Shown here: positions 25,415 through 33,184 of the stretch, piece by piece
Layout of the letters: every line of letters begins with the position of its first letter
Position numbering within the stretch: position 1 is the first letter of the stretch
Sequence record: LC494302.1
Length of the DNA: 64,000 nt
Reading direction: 5' to 3' (one strand)
Position numbers and translations under genes: made by a program
Notes under the pieces: model-generated
Told to the model about the DNA's origin: nothing
The model's input: the letters and a program-made list of their open reading frames with translations, nothing else
Databases searched by the model: none

Positions 25415-25999
25415 ATGCGTAATTATACTAAATTCATCCGTACACTGTCAGAAATGGAAACCAACAAAGAGATCCTTTCAGCTTGTCGGTTAGCTGGCCT
25501 GGAGATCATCGGTGCTGGTTCTTCCCGTATAGTTTTCGCTTTAAATGATCGGTTAGTGATTAAGGTCGCGAATTGTGATGCGGGTGTAGAACAAAATGAA
25601 ACTGAATGTAAGGTATGGAATTTTTTAGACTATGACCGCCCTCAGTTGAAACAGTACTTTGCAAAGGTGCATATGCATTTATGCGATCCTGATAATATGT
25701 TTATCGTTATGGATCGGTTGAGTACTGCAAGTAAAGGCAGTGTGAAGCACGTAAACGCGTGCAATGAATTAAAGTACAATATTAAACGTAATGCAATCGA
25801 CCGCCAGCACCGCTTTGCTGATGCACTACAACACGTTGATGATACATTATCAACACTAACGATAAGAGATATCAGAAAACAGAATATCGGCCAGGATCGT
25901 AATGGACTTATTAAAGTACTTGATTACGGTTTAACCAGCAATATCTGGAATCAGTACTATAAAAAGCGTGATGTGGCAGCAAGTAAGGTAACACGATAA
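25415..25999 (+). CDS. protein kinase-like protein
   Basis: GAGSSRIVF Gly loop, VIKVA lysine, EQNETE helix-C Glu, DIRKQNIG catalytic loop, DYG; SD AAGGAG. Confidence 0.8.
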   Translation: MRNYTKFIRTLSEMETNKEILSACRLAGLEIIGAGSSRIVFALNDRLVIKVANCDAGVEQNETECKVWNFLDYDRPQLKQYFAKVHMHLCDPDNMFIVMDRLSTASKGSVKHVNACNELKYNIKRNAIDRQHRFADALQHVDDTLSTLTIRDIRKQNIGQDRNGLIKVLDYGLTSNIWNQYYKKRDVAASKVTR

Positions 26000-26008
26000 A
26001 AAAGATTA

Positions 26009-26049
26009 AAAAAGGGATTGACTCCGGTCAGTCCCTTTGCTATTATATA
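26009..26049 (+). repeat. 41-bp terminator/promoter module (copy 2)
   Basis: Identical to 23017-23057. Confidence 0.9.
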
Positions 26050-26052
26050 TCC

Positions 26053-26097
26053 ATTGAGAGATAACTCACTGACCCATAGGGTGCGGAAGTGTATCTA
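26053..26097 (+). ncRNA. putative small RNA, RCCCANNGGGTGC family
   Basis: GAGAGATAACTC hairpin then ACCCATAGGGTGCGGAAGTGTATC (26072-26095). Confidence 0.5.
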
Positions 26098-26219
26098 TTA
26101 TATAAGTATTCAGTACTGAAAACTATTTTTAAAAAAGTACTTGCATTGTACTTAGAATCAAGTATAATGTTTTATATCGAGAGGGGAAATGGTTCTCCCT
26201 GGCAATAAGGAATAAAATC

Positions 26220-26441
26220 ATGACTACAATGACTTGCATTTACGCTTCCAATCTACTGAATGATGCGGCCTTTAATGTTGATTCAGAATATCAATGTTAT
26301 CGGGATGAAAATAAAAAAGTTTTTGTAGTTGATAATAATGGTTTCCATATTGAATTACAATCCGGCTTCACTGGTGTTGATGGTAAATCAGTATGGGGCG
26401 TACAGGATGATAAAGGCACATATCATTTTAAACGTAATTAA
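26220..26441 (+). CDS. hypothetical early protein
   Basis: SD AAGGA; own cassette. Confidence 0.8.
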   Translation: MTTMTCIYASNLLNDAAFNVDSEYQCYRDENKKVFVVDNNGFHIELQSGFTGVDGKSVWGVQDDKGTYHFKRN

Positions 26442-26525
26442 GTATTGACAAAGTATACCAGTACTGTATAATAGTTTACATCAAGGGGAGAATAGTTCTC
26501 CCCGATACTAAAAGGAAACAAAATT

Positions 26526-26798
26526 ATGTCCAGCTACTCCGCTACTATGATCATTAAAGATATGAACGGTAATCCTACTTCTGCTGGTGGATCATTTGGA
26601 AACATTAATTTAGATGGTCGGTTATCCATGCAATCAGCAATCGATGCAGCGAAAGAAGTTTTTAAGAATGAATGTACTGTTAGTAAGCTGGATTATATGG
26701 GATTTGCTATCGAAAAAACTAATCGTTTTGTGGACTACAAAAAACCACTGATGATTGATACTAACCTGAAAGCAAACGAAGTGGAGTACTTATTATGA
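26526..26798 (+). CDS. hypothetical early protein
   Basis: SD AAGGA; own cassette. Confidence 0.8.
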   Translation: MSSYSATMIIKDMNGNPTSAGGSFGNINLDGRLSMQSAIDAAKEVFKNECTVSKLDYMGFAIEKTNRFVDYKKPLMIDTNLKANEVEYLL

Positions 26799-26986
26799 CA
26801 GTTGAAGAAGTTAAAAAAGTACTGGCAGTACTACGCTATCATAATCATTGTAAGGTGAAGAATGATCCTGATTATCTTGATTCATCCCTGGAAGAGGATA
26901 CACTACAAGCAATAAGCCATATGCAAACATTAGCAAAGCGTATGACCGAAAAGAATAGACCGGACTATATCGGAAATAAAATTTAA
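26795..26986 (+). CDS. hypothetical protein
   Basis: SD GGAG; ATGA overlap. Confidence 0.75.
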   Translation: MTVEEVKKVLAVLRYHNHCKVKNDPDYLDSSLEEDTLQAISHMQTLAKRMTEKNRPDYIGNKI

Positions 26987-27072
26987 AAAGTACTTGCATT
27001 GTAGTTAGATTAACGTATAATGTTTTACATAGAGCGGGGGAATAGTTCTCCCGCCAGTCCAGGAGATACACC

Positions 27073-27336
27073 ATGAACACTATCGAAATCACTATCAATG
27101 CACACGTATACGACAACGTAATCATGCAAACTACTATGACCGCTAATGATACCAGTACTTTGCGGAATACTGTTATTAGTGCCGTATGTGCCGCTATCGG
27201 TGATGTCGCCCTGGAAAATGCAGAACATATCAACAACGGTTTCACTATGTGCAAGCGTGATAACGCAAAACATATCATCGTAGAAGGTTACGGCGGTGTA
27301 GAATTTAATGTTTATATGAAAAAAGTACTTGCATAA
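27073..27336 (+). CDS. hypothetical early protein
   Basis: SD AGGAG; own cassette. Confidence 0.8.
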   Translation: MNTIEITINAHVYDNVIMQTTMTANDTSTLRNTVISAVCAAIGDVALENAEHINNGFTMCKRDNAKHIIVEGYGGVEFNVYMKKVLA

Positions 27337-27403
27337 TAACTAAAACAAAGTATAATGTTTTGCATAGGGGGAGATATCCTCCCCCACTAAAAGGAGTAAT
27401 AAA

Positions 27404-27628
27404 ATGGCTAACTTTGATGAACTGATGCGGGAAGTAGCTAACCTGGCAGAAGAGAAGAAATCATTCGATTCTATCTATAACACCGCTCATCGTGATTCAG
27501 TACTGGCATGTACTCAGGATCAAAAAGATGAACTAATCGCCACCTATCATGAAGCATGGAAGTACTACCGACAATGGGAGAAAGAAGAAAGAGAGTCTAC
27601 CATTGACGGCCTCAACAATCTAATCTAA
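27404..27628 (+). CDS. hypothetical early protein
   Basis: SD AAGGAG; own cassette. Confidence 0.8.
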   Translation: MANFDELMREVANLAEEKKSFDSIYNTAHRDSVLACTQDQKDELIATYHEAWKYYRQWEKEERESTIDGLNNLI

Positions 27629-27704
27629 AAGTTTTATTTCAGTACTATTGACATAGCTTGATAGTACTGATGTAATAACTTTACTAACTACAAGGGGAAA
27701 CATA

Positions 27705-27962
27705 ATGGAACAGTTCACACAATATCGGGTAAATCCTCAAGCTATGGCCTACGTAGAAGACCATAAAACATTACCAGTACTAACACCAATTAAAGGCCAT
27801 ATCTATCGTGCAATGTCATGGAATACCGCCCAGGATGGATATACTACCGCTGGCGTGGGTATGTATTGCGGGAATGGTGAATGGTTTGATCCAAATAATC
27901 CGGTAGCCATTGACAGTACTGAAAAAATGAAATGGGCCGACTACATCGAAGATATTTCATAA
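27705..27962 (+). CDS. hypothetical early protein
   Basis: SD AGGGG. Confidence 0.8.
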   Translation: MEQFTQYRVNPQAMAYVEDHKTLPVLTPIKGHIYRAMSWNTAQDGYTTAGVGMYCGNGEWFDPNNPVAIDSTEKMKWADYIEDIS

Positions 27963-28051
27963 AACTATTTGACAGTACTAACCAGTAATGTATAATGTTT
28001 TACATAGAGCGGGGGAATAGTTCTCCCGCCAATAGTTTGGAGTAAAACATT

Positions 28052-28252
28052 ATGTCTATCGCTATCGCCCTGGTTGAAGTACTGAAAGAAGCTAAAGCCA
28101 ACCAGATCGACGTAAAGATCCAGGAACTACAAAACGGCGTAATCGGCTGTACTTGTACCGCTGGTGGAGCGGCAGACTATCGAGAACACGAATCACTCGA
28201 ATCACTGGTTCGGTATCTTACCATGATCGTTGATGATTGGAGAATCATCTAA
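28052..28252 (+). CDS. hypothetical early protein
   Basis: SD GGAG; own cassette. Confidence 0.8.
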   Translation: MSIAIALVEVLKEAKANQIDVKIQELQNGVIGCTCTAGGAADYREHESLESLVRYLTMIVDDWRII

Positions 28253-28264
28253 CAAAAAAGAATA

Positions 28265-28305
28265 AAAAAGGGATTGACTCCGGTCAGTCCCTTTGCTATT
28301 ATATA
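28265..28305 (+). repeat. 41-bp terminator/promoter module (copy 3)
   Basis: Identical to 23017-23057. Confidence 0.9.
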
Positions 28306-28308
28306 CGC

Positions 28309-28348
28309 ATAGACAAAAACTAGCCCACAGGGTGCATAGGTGTATCTA
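28309..28348 (+). ncRNA. putative small RNA, RCCCANNGGGTGC family
   Basis: GCCCACAGGGTGCATAGGTGTATC (28323-28346). Confidence 0.5.
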
Positions 28349-28496
28349 AAATATATGGTTAATAACGGTGAGTAACTATCTGCTGGTGGAGTGAAAACTA
28401 TTAATAAAAAAGTATTGACAAAGTATATCAGTACTGCGATAATGTATCTCGTAGGGCGGCAATGGTGCGACGGCCCACAAAGTTAGGAGATTCAAA

Positions 28497-28829
28497 ATGA
28501 GTACTTCAATCGCTATCGTTAAAGCTTTCATCCGTACCAATGTTTCATCTGTATTCATCGACGGTATGGATCGGGAAGTAGAATACTCAATCATTATCGC
28601 ACAGACTGCAAACGGTGCTCGGTATATCCTCAATGATAGTGAAGCAAATCACTACTACTTCACTAAAGCTACTGGCTTTAAACGCATCGATGCCGATGTA
28701 GTATACGCTAAGATGAATAAGCTGGTAGACAAGATTAACGCTAAAGGCACTATTGATTTACAGTACTGGACCGAAACCGATCCAGAATATGGATCTCACC
28801 GCTACCTGAATCCAGGTATTAAAATGTAA
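28497..28829 (+). CDS. hypothetical early protein
   Basis: SD AGGAG. Confidence 0.8.
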   Translation: MSTSIAIVKAFIRTNVSSVFIDGMDREVEYSIIIAQTANGARYILNDSEANHYYFTKATGFKRIDADVVYAKMNKLVDKINAKGTIDLQYWTETDPEYGSHRYLNPGIKM

Positions 28830-28918
28830 AAAGTACTTGCATAGTACTTAGATTCATGTATAATGTTTTACATAGAGAGGGGGAAATGGTTCTCCCTCCT
28901 AAATTAAGGAGTTTTATC

Positions 28919-29320
28919 ATGACCTTCTCAATCACTTCCTTCGCTGACGTTTTAGTACTGGCTCGGACTTTTGGTAAAGATGCACTGGAGTACGCTGTAA
29001 GTAATGGCACTATCCAACCGGAACAGTGCCGCATCATTGGAAACTGCAAACGTTGGGCGGTATCCAATACTATTGCACTGGAAAACTTCCACGATGGCAA
29101 CAATGAATATTCTGTTGATGTAGTATTCGAAGCCGTTGATCTCGGCGGTATCTATAATACTAACCTGAATGATGTGCGTATCGTTCGCACGGGGTTCGGT
29201 GCTTATGATGTATCTATCCGTGAAGCTATGAACACCGGATACATTAGCAAGGACTTACTTGCTCACATCATGCAGCTGTGTACGGAACGTAACGAAGCAC
29301 GTACTATCTTAGGGCTGTAA
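28919..29320 (+). CDS. hypothetical early protein
   Basis: ATG 28919 after AAGGAG; own cassette. Confidence 0.8.
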   Translation: MTFSITSFADVLVLARTFGKDALEYAVSNGTIQPEQCRIIGNCKRWAVSNTIALENFHDGNNEYSVDVVFEAVDLGGIYNTNLNDVRIVRTGFGAYDVSIREAMNTGYISKDLLAHIMQLCTERNEARTILGL

Positions 29321-29344
29321 GCAATACACATCACCAAACATCAT

Positions 29345-29364
29345 AGGCCGCTCTCTAGCGGCCT
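29345..29364. terminator. GC-rich hairpin, possible terminator
   Basis: AGGCCGCT/AGCGGCCT; short T tail only. Confidence 0.45.
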
Positions 29365-29388
29365 TAACTATATCAGGAGTACATACAC

Positions 29389-29598
29389 ATGATCTATACA
29401 GTATACAGCGTCCTAGGCACTATTGCAGGCGTACATGATAACGTCGATAGTGCTATGCGTACAGTACTGCAACAGGTTCCACTAAAGCCTAAGACCATTA
29501 AGCAGATGACAGCACGACTAACCAGGGCGACCGATGGCGTGGAAGTATGGCAGGACTACGGGGATACACAGATAATCGTTAGCGTAACGAAGGATTAA
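29389..29598 (+). CDS. hypothetical protein
   Basis: SD AGGAG. Confidence 0.75.
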   Translation: MIYTVYSVLGTIAGVHDNVDSAMRTVLQQVPLKPKTIKQMTARLTRATDGVEVWQDYGDTQIIVSVTKD

Positions 29599-29626
29599 TG
29601 CGTAAAGGGATCTAGTACTGATTCAG

Positions 29627-29706
29627 AAAAAAGTCAAGGCGTTTTTAAAATTATGCGTTAAAAAAATGCATAGGTAATCCCTTGACTTTTTTGAAATAAA
29701 AGGGAT
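29627..29706. repeat. inverted repeats at boundary of early island
   Basis: AAAAAAGTCAAGG (29627-29639)/CCTTGACTTTTTT (29680-29692); AATCCCTT/AAGGGATT (29676-29706). Confidence 0.7.
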
Positions 29707-29847
29707 TGGACTATGGCAAAATGCGTAGGGGGCTAAAGGGCGGGTAACCTTAGCGACTTCGATAAAGGGGTATTACGAATAAAATGTTATTGATTTTTTA
29801 TACGAATCGTATATTATAGGATTGATATTATTTTTAATGGAGTCCCT

Positions 29848-30045
29848 ATGCGTATTTTAACTAAAGAACAGCACCACGAAAGACTTATCAATAACATGGC
29901 TATGATAATGTATAAGTCCCATGACCGTGGTATTGCCTATAAGCGTGAATTAATTATGGCACTATTCATTGGAACTAACTTTCAGGAAAGGTATGTCAAC
30001 GATTGGATTTGGTATTTAATTGAAGATATAACGAGTAAACTATGA
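29848..30045 (+). CDS. family B small protein
   Basis: IGTNFQE motif; SD GGAG. Confidence 0.85.
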   Translation: MRILTKEQHHERLINNMAMIMYKSHDRGIAYKRELIMALFIGTNFQERYVNDWIWYLIEDITSKL

Positions 30046-30242
30046 AAATGCGTATTTTAAATAAAGAAGAATATCAATCACTGTTACGTAAAAACTTCAC
30101 AAAGATTTATAATACAGACACACACGTAGAACGAATGGAGTTATACCTTTTGATTACTTTGGGAACTAACTATCAGGAAAGATGGGTGATTCAATATATG
30201 GATACATTGAAAAATAAAATATTGTCCACGAGGAAACAATGA
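30042..30242 (+). CDS. family B small protein
   Basis: LGTNYQE. Confidence 0.85.
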   Translation: MKMRILNKEEYQSLLRKNFTKIYNTDTHVERMELYLLITLGTNYQERWVIQYMDTLKNKILSTRKQ

Positions 30243-30448
30243 AAACTATAACACGAACCCAATCATACGGTCTTATCTTGAAATACATGGACTTAATGGT
30301 GGATATCAGCAAAGACCTTCCTAAAACTGAAATTGAAGTTGCAAGAGCAGAGATCCGCATGTTGGCTGTACTGAACACAAACCATCAGGAAGATTATGTT
30401 GAAGAATGGATTCGATTTTTAATTCAAGATATAAAGAGTAAATTATGA
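30239..30448 (+). CDS. family B small protein
   Basis: LNTNHQE. Confidence 0.85.
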   Translation: MKTITRTQSYGLILKYMDLMVDISKDLPKTEIEVARAEIRMLAVLNTNHQEDYVEEWIRFLIQDIKSKL

Positions 30449-30657
30449 TTTTTTTAACACCAGAAGAATATAAGAAACGTTTCAATTCCGCACAGGGTGA
30501 AATCTTACTTATATACCTTTCAAATGCAGACCTTAACTTATCAAGGGTATTAGAAAAAGATTTACTTATGGGTGCATTCCTTGATACAGACTTTCAGGTG
30601 TATTATGTAGGGGAATACTTAATTGCACTCCAGAATTACATTAAGAGTAAACTATGA
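30445..30657 (+). CDS. family B small protein
   Basis: LDTDFQV. Confidence 0.85.
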   Translation: MIFLTPEEYKKRFNSAQGEILLIYLSNADLNLSRVLEKDLLMGAFLDTDFQVYYVGEYLIALQNYIKSKL

Positions 30658-30866
30658 ATAGCATTAACTCAAATCTATATACCGAACGCGTCGCGGCCAG
30701 ACAACTTGAAATTCTCATAGTATATGAAGAGACTGATGATTTAAACTTAGCATTAGTATTGGAAAATGATATACTATTGGGTGCATTCCTCGGCACAGAC
30801 TATCAGGAGCACTTCTTGAATGAGTATATAATTGCACTCCAGAAATACATTAAGAGCAAACTATGA
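30654..30866 (+). CDS. family B small protein
   Basis: LGTDYQE; close duplicate of previous gene. Confidence 0.85.
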   Translation: MNSINSNLYTERVAARQLEILIVYEETDDLNLALVLENDILLGAFLGTDYQEHFLNEYIIALQKYIKSKL

Positions 30867-31081
30867 AACATTTAAGTAATTACGAGAAGAATAAAATTAT
30901 CGTTGCTGCAATAAACAAATATTTTACACTTCCTCACACAGAAGGTTTATGTGTAAGGGAACACAGGATAAACACCACCGATATACGCATGATGGCTGTA
31001 CTGGGGACGAACTTTCAGGAAGAGTATGTTGTTGCACACATAGTTGCCCTCACTGATCTAATAAGGGACAAATGTAAATGA
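30863..31081 (+). CDS. family B small protein
   Basis: LGTNFQE. Confidence 0.85.
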   Translation: MKHLSNYEKNKIIVAAINKYFTLPHTEGLCVREHRINTTDIRMMAVLGTNFQEEYVVAHIVALTDLIRDKCK

Positions 31082-31335
31082 AACACTTAACTGATGATGA
31101 ATTTGAAACTATAATTCGTAAACTAACCCCCATCACAAGGATAGTCTACGGTGACCCCAGCCTTACATGGAACCAAATGCGAGCTAAAGTTAATGAGCTA
31201 TGGTTGCTGTACTTTATGGGGACTCAATATCAAGATAAGTTTTGCACAGAATATATCGAACAATTAACGAATGTTATACAGGATAAACTAGATGATTATT
31301 TGCTCACAAAACATGAAGACTTTATCAGGAGTTGA
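31078..31335 (+). CDS. family B small protein
   Basis: MGTQYQD. Confidence 0.85.
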   Translation: MKHLTDDEFETIIRKLTPITRIVYGDPSLTWNQMRAKVNELWLLYFMGTQYQDKFCTEYIEQLTNVIQDKLDDYLLTKHEDFIRS

Positions 31336-31564
31336 GTATCAAACTGCCCTATTCTCTTTAATCCATGCCCTTAGAAAAAACAATGCCTTATATGGTGCAC
31401 CTGAAGTGGATGTTATCAACGGTGAACTTTATCTTATGAAATTCATTGGAACAAACTATCAAGATCTGTTCATTCAACGATACTTATCAGCATTAAGAAA
31501 CCAAATCCAATATAAAACCATCAAGGCCAAAAAAGAATGGAATAAACAATGCGACACAGACTAA
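31313..31564 (+). CDS. family B small protein
   Basis: IGTNYQD; start MKTLS at 31313. Confidence 0.8.
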   Translation: MKTLSGVEYQTALFSLIHALRKNNALYGAPEVDVINGELYLMKFIGTNYQDLFIQRYLSALRNQIQYKTIKAKKEWNKQCDTD

Positions 31565-31797
31565 ATCACAAAATGTATTGTAAACTATTGCAGACATTGG
31601 CACAGAAACACTATGACACGGTATCTGGAATATTACCCTATGATATCATGCGTTTACTTCACTGTGAGGCCGAGATGCTTGTACTGATGACAGGCACTGA
31701 TAAAAACGCAATTGCCAAATCAATAGATATGTTCATCGAAGCACACTGCCAACACATGAGAACCGAAATCTGGAGGAAAGAGAATGATAATCCTTAA
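31549..31797 (+). CDS. family B small protein (divergent)
   Basis: EAEMLVLMTGTDKNA. Confidence 0.75.
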   Translation: MRHRLNHKMYCKLLQTLAQKHYDTVSGILPYDIMRLLHCEAEMLVLMTGTDKNAIAKSIDMFIEAHCQHMRTEIWRKENDNP

Positions 31798-31999
31798 TGA
31801 GTATCAGTATCATTGGAGGTTACAAACTATCAAATCAAAAGTGTATAGTATTGTGTTAAACAAATCTATTGCACAAGAGGACAAATGTGTTATAATAGCT
31901 GAAATGAAGTTGGGTGTATTCGTAGGGACAAACTATCAAAACATCTACACTGACGTATTGTTAAGTGCCTTACGTAACAAGGTGGTATCCAAAATATGA
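31784..31999 (+). CDS. family B small protein
   Basis: VGTNYQN. Confidence 0.85.
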   Translation: MIILNEYQYHWRLQTIKSKVYSIVLNKSIAQEDKCVIIAEMKLGVFVGTNYQNIYTDVLLSALRNKVVSKI

Positions 32000-32214
32000 G
32001 AAATTTACAAGGCTTTGAATACATCAGACTCCTGAAAACATGTGGAAGCAGAAGGAGAATGATATCAAGCGATAAGAGCATCCAAGCTAACCTTAAGCAC
32101 GCACTAGTAACTGAACTCTATGTAGGTGCACTCTTAGGCACAAACTATCAACAAATGTATGTAGATCTATGGATTGACGCTCTACAGAAAGAGGTTAAAA
32201 GTAAATGCAAATGA
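31996..32214 (+). CDS. family B small protein
   Basis: LGTNYQQ. Confidence 0.85.
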   Translation: MRNLQGFEYIRLLKTCGSRRRMISSDKSIQANLKHALVTELYVGALLGTNYQQMYVDLWIDALQKEVKSKCK

Positions 32215-32423
32215 TTAATTTAAGTAAAGACGAATTTTATGTTATACTGGCGAAAACTTATCCAGCACGTAAGGCCGTTTATGATAGTCACATTATTGAA
32301 CCCTCAAAGAAGTTGATTTTAGTAAATGAGATAAAGATGCTTTCAGTCTTAGGAACAAACTATCAAGAGAATGCTGTACTGATGTTAATTGATGCCCTCC
32401 AGAGAGAGGTTAAACGTAAATGA
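32205..32423 (+). CDS. family B small protein
   Basis: LGTNYQE. Confidence 0.85.
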   Translation: MQMINLSKDEFYVILAKTYPARKAVYDSHIIEPSKKLILVNEIKMLSVLGTNYQENAVLMLIDALQREVKRK

Positions 32424-32650
32424 AAATGATTAATTTAACTTACCATGAATATCAAAAACGTTTAAATGCATCCAGAGATATAAGGATTCAAATATTCAAT
32501 AACAAAAAATTGAAACCTGATACCAGAAGAATCAAAATCATAGAAGCCGTGTTGTGTAACTTCCTAGGGACTAACTATCAGGAAGGTAAGGTAGAAAACT
32601 ATCTTATAGAACTCATGAATAGTATTGAAAATAAATGTAAGGGTAATTAA
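32420..32650 (+). CDS. family B small protein
   Basis: LGTNYQE. Confidence 0.85.
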   Translation: MKMINLTYHEYQKRLNASRDIRIQIFNNKKLKPDTRRIKIIEAVLCNFLGTNYQEGKVENYLIELMNSIENKCKGN

Positions 32651-32651
32651 C

Positions 32652-32891
32652 ATGAAAATGATTAAATTATCTCAAGCAAAATATAAAGAACGCCTGGTAA
32701 AAATTGCACCTGGACTTAATGAAATCCATCACGGAGAAGTCATTAAACACGGAAATAAGATGATTATGAAACTTGAGTTAAAGGTGGGTGCATTCATAGG
32801 AACAAACTATCAGGAGTATTATGTAGATGAATACATAATCGCACTTAAGAGATACATTGGAAGAAAACTATATCTACAAACTAAAGAATAG
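32652..32891 (+). CDS. family B small protein
   Basis: IGTNYQE; ATG 32652. Confidence 0.85.
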   Translation: MKMIKLSQAKYKERLVKIAPGLNEIHHGEVIKHGNKMIMKLELKVGAFIGTNYQEYYVDEYIIALKRYIGRKLYLQTKE

Positions 32892-32920
32892 TATTGAAAA
32901 TAAATGTAAGGGTAATTAAC

Positions 32921-33184
32921 ATGCAAATGATCAATTTAAGTAAAGATGAATATACCGAGCGTATGACAAAAATTACGCACAAACGTAATACAATCTATCA
33001 CAACCCAGAAATTCAACACAGTAAGAAAATGATTATGATGCGTGAGTTAAAGATGGGTGTATTCTTAGGAACAAACTATCAAGATACAGAAGTAAATCGC
33101 TTAATCGCGGAGTTACTACTGGAAATCAGAGGTAAGCTGTACTTTCATCAAATGACCCAACCACTGAGGTGTACTGATCGATGA
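32921..33184 (+). CDS. family B small protein
   Basis: LGTNYQD; ATG 32921. Confidence 0.85.
   Translation: MQMINLSKDEYTERMTKITHKRNTIYHNPEIQHSKKMIMMRELKMGVFLGTNYQDTEVNRLIAELLLEIRGKLYFHQMTQPLRCTDR

Larger units (their letters stand above)
10471..28890 (+). promoter_or_regulatory. dispersed family of ~38 early sigma70 promoters, ~23 followed by a 5' stem-loop (PeSL-like)
   Basis: -35 starts at 10471,10931,11609,12170,12288,12972,13848,14119,14587,14904,15617,16453,16772,17012,17424,18298,18527,19114,19549,19869,20140,21254,21671,22292,23146,23262,23602,23873,24303,25084,26141,26445,26994,27329,27648,27969,28415,28837; consensus AAAGTACTTGCAA/TTGACA-N16-17-TATAAT-GTTTTACAT then GGGGA(G)AATGGTT(C)TCCCC hairpin and SD. 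Confidence 0.85.

Noticed and set aside
10471-28890. Repeated promoter modules separated by unique sequence could look like a CRISPR array
   Set aside because: The intervening sequences are 150-700 bp genes with SD sites, repeat spacing is irregular, and there are no cas genes.
10497-28918. ORF-track starts lying inside promoter or hairpin sequence (e.g. 10497, 13020, 14167, 16479, 18575, 23642, 28856)
   Set aside because: These starts fall in the -10/stem-loop of the cassette; downstream ATGs with good SD sites were used instead.
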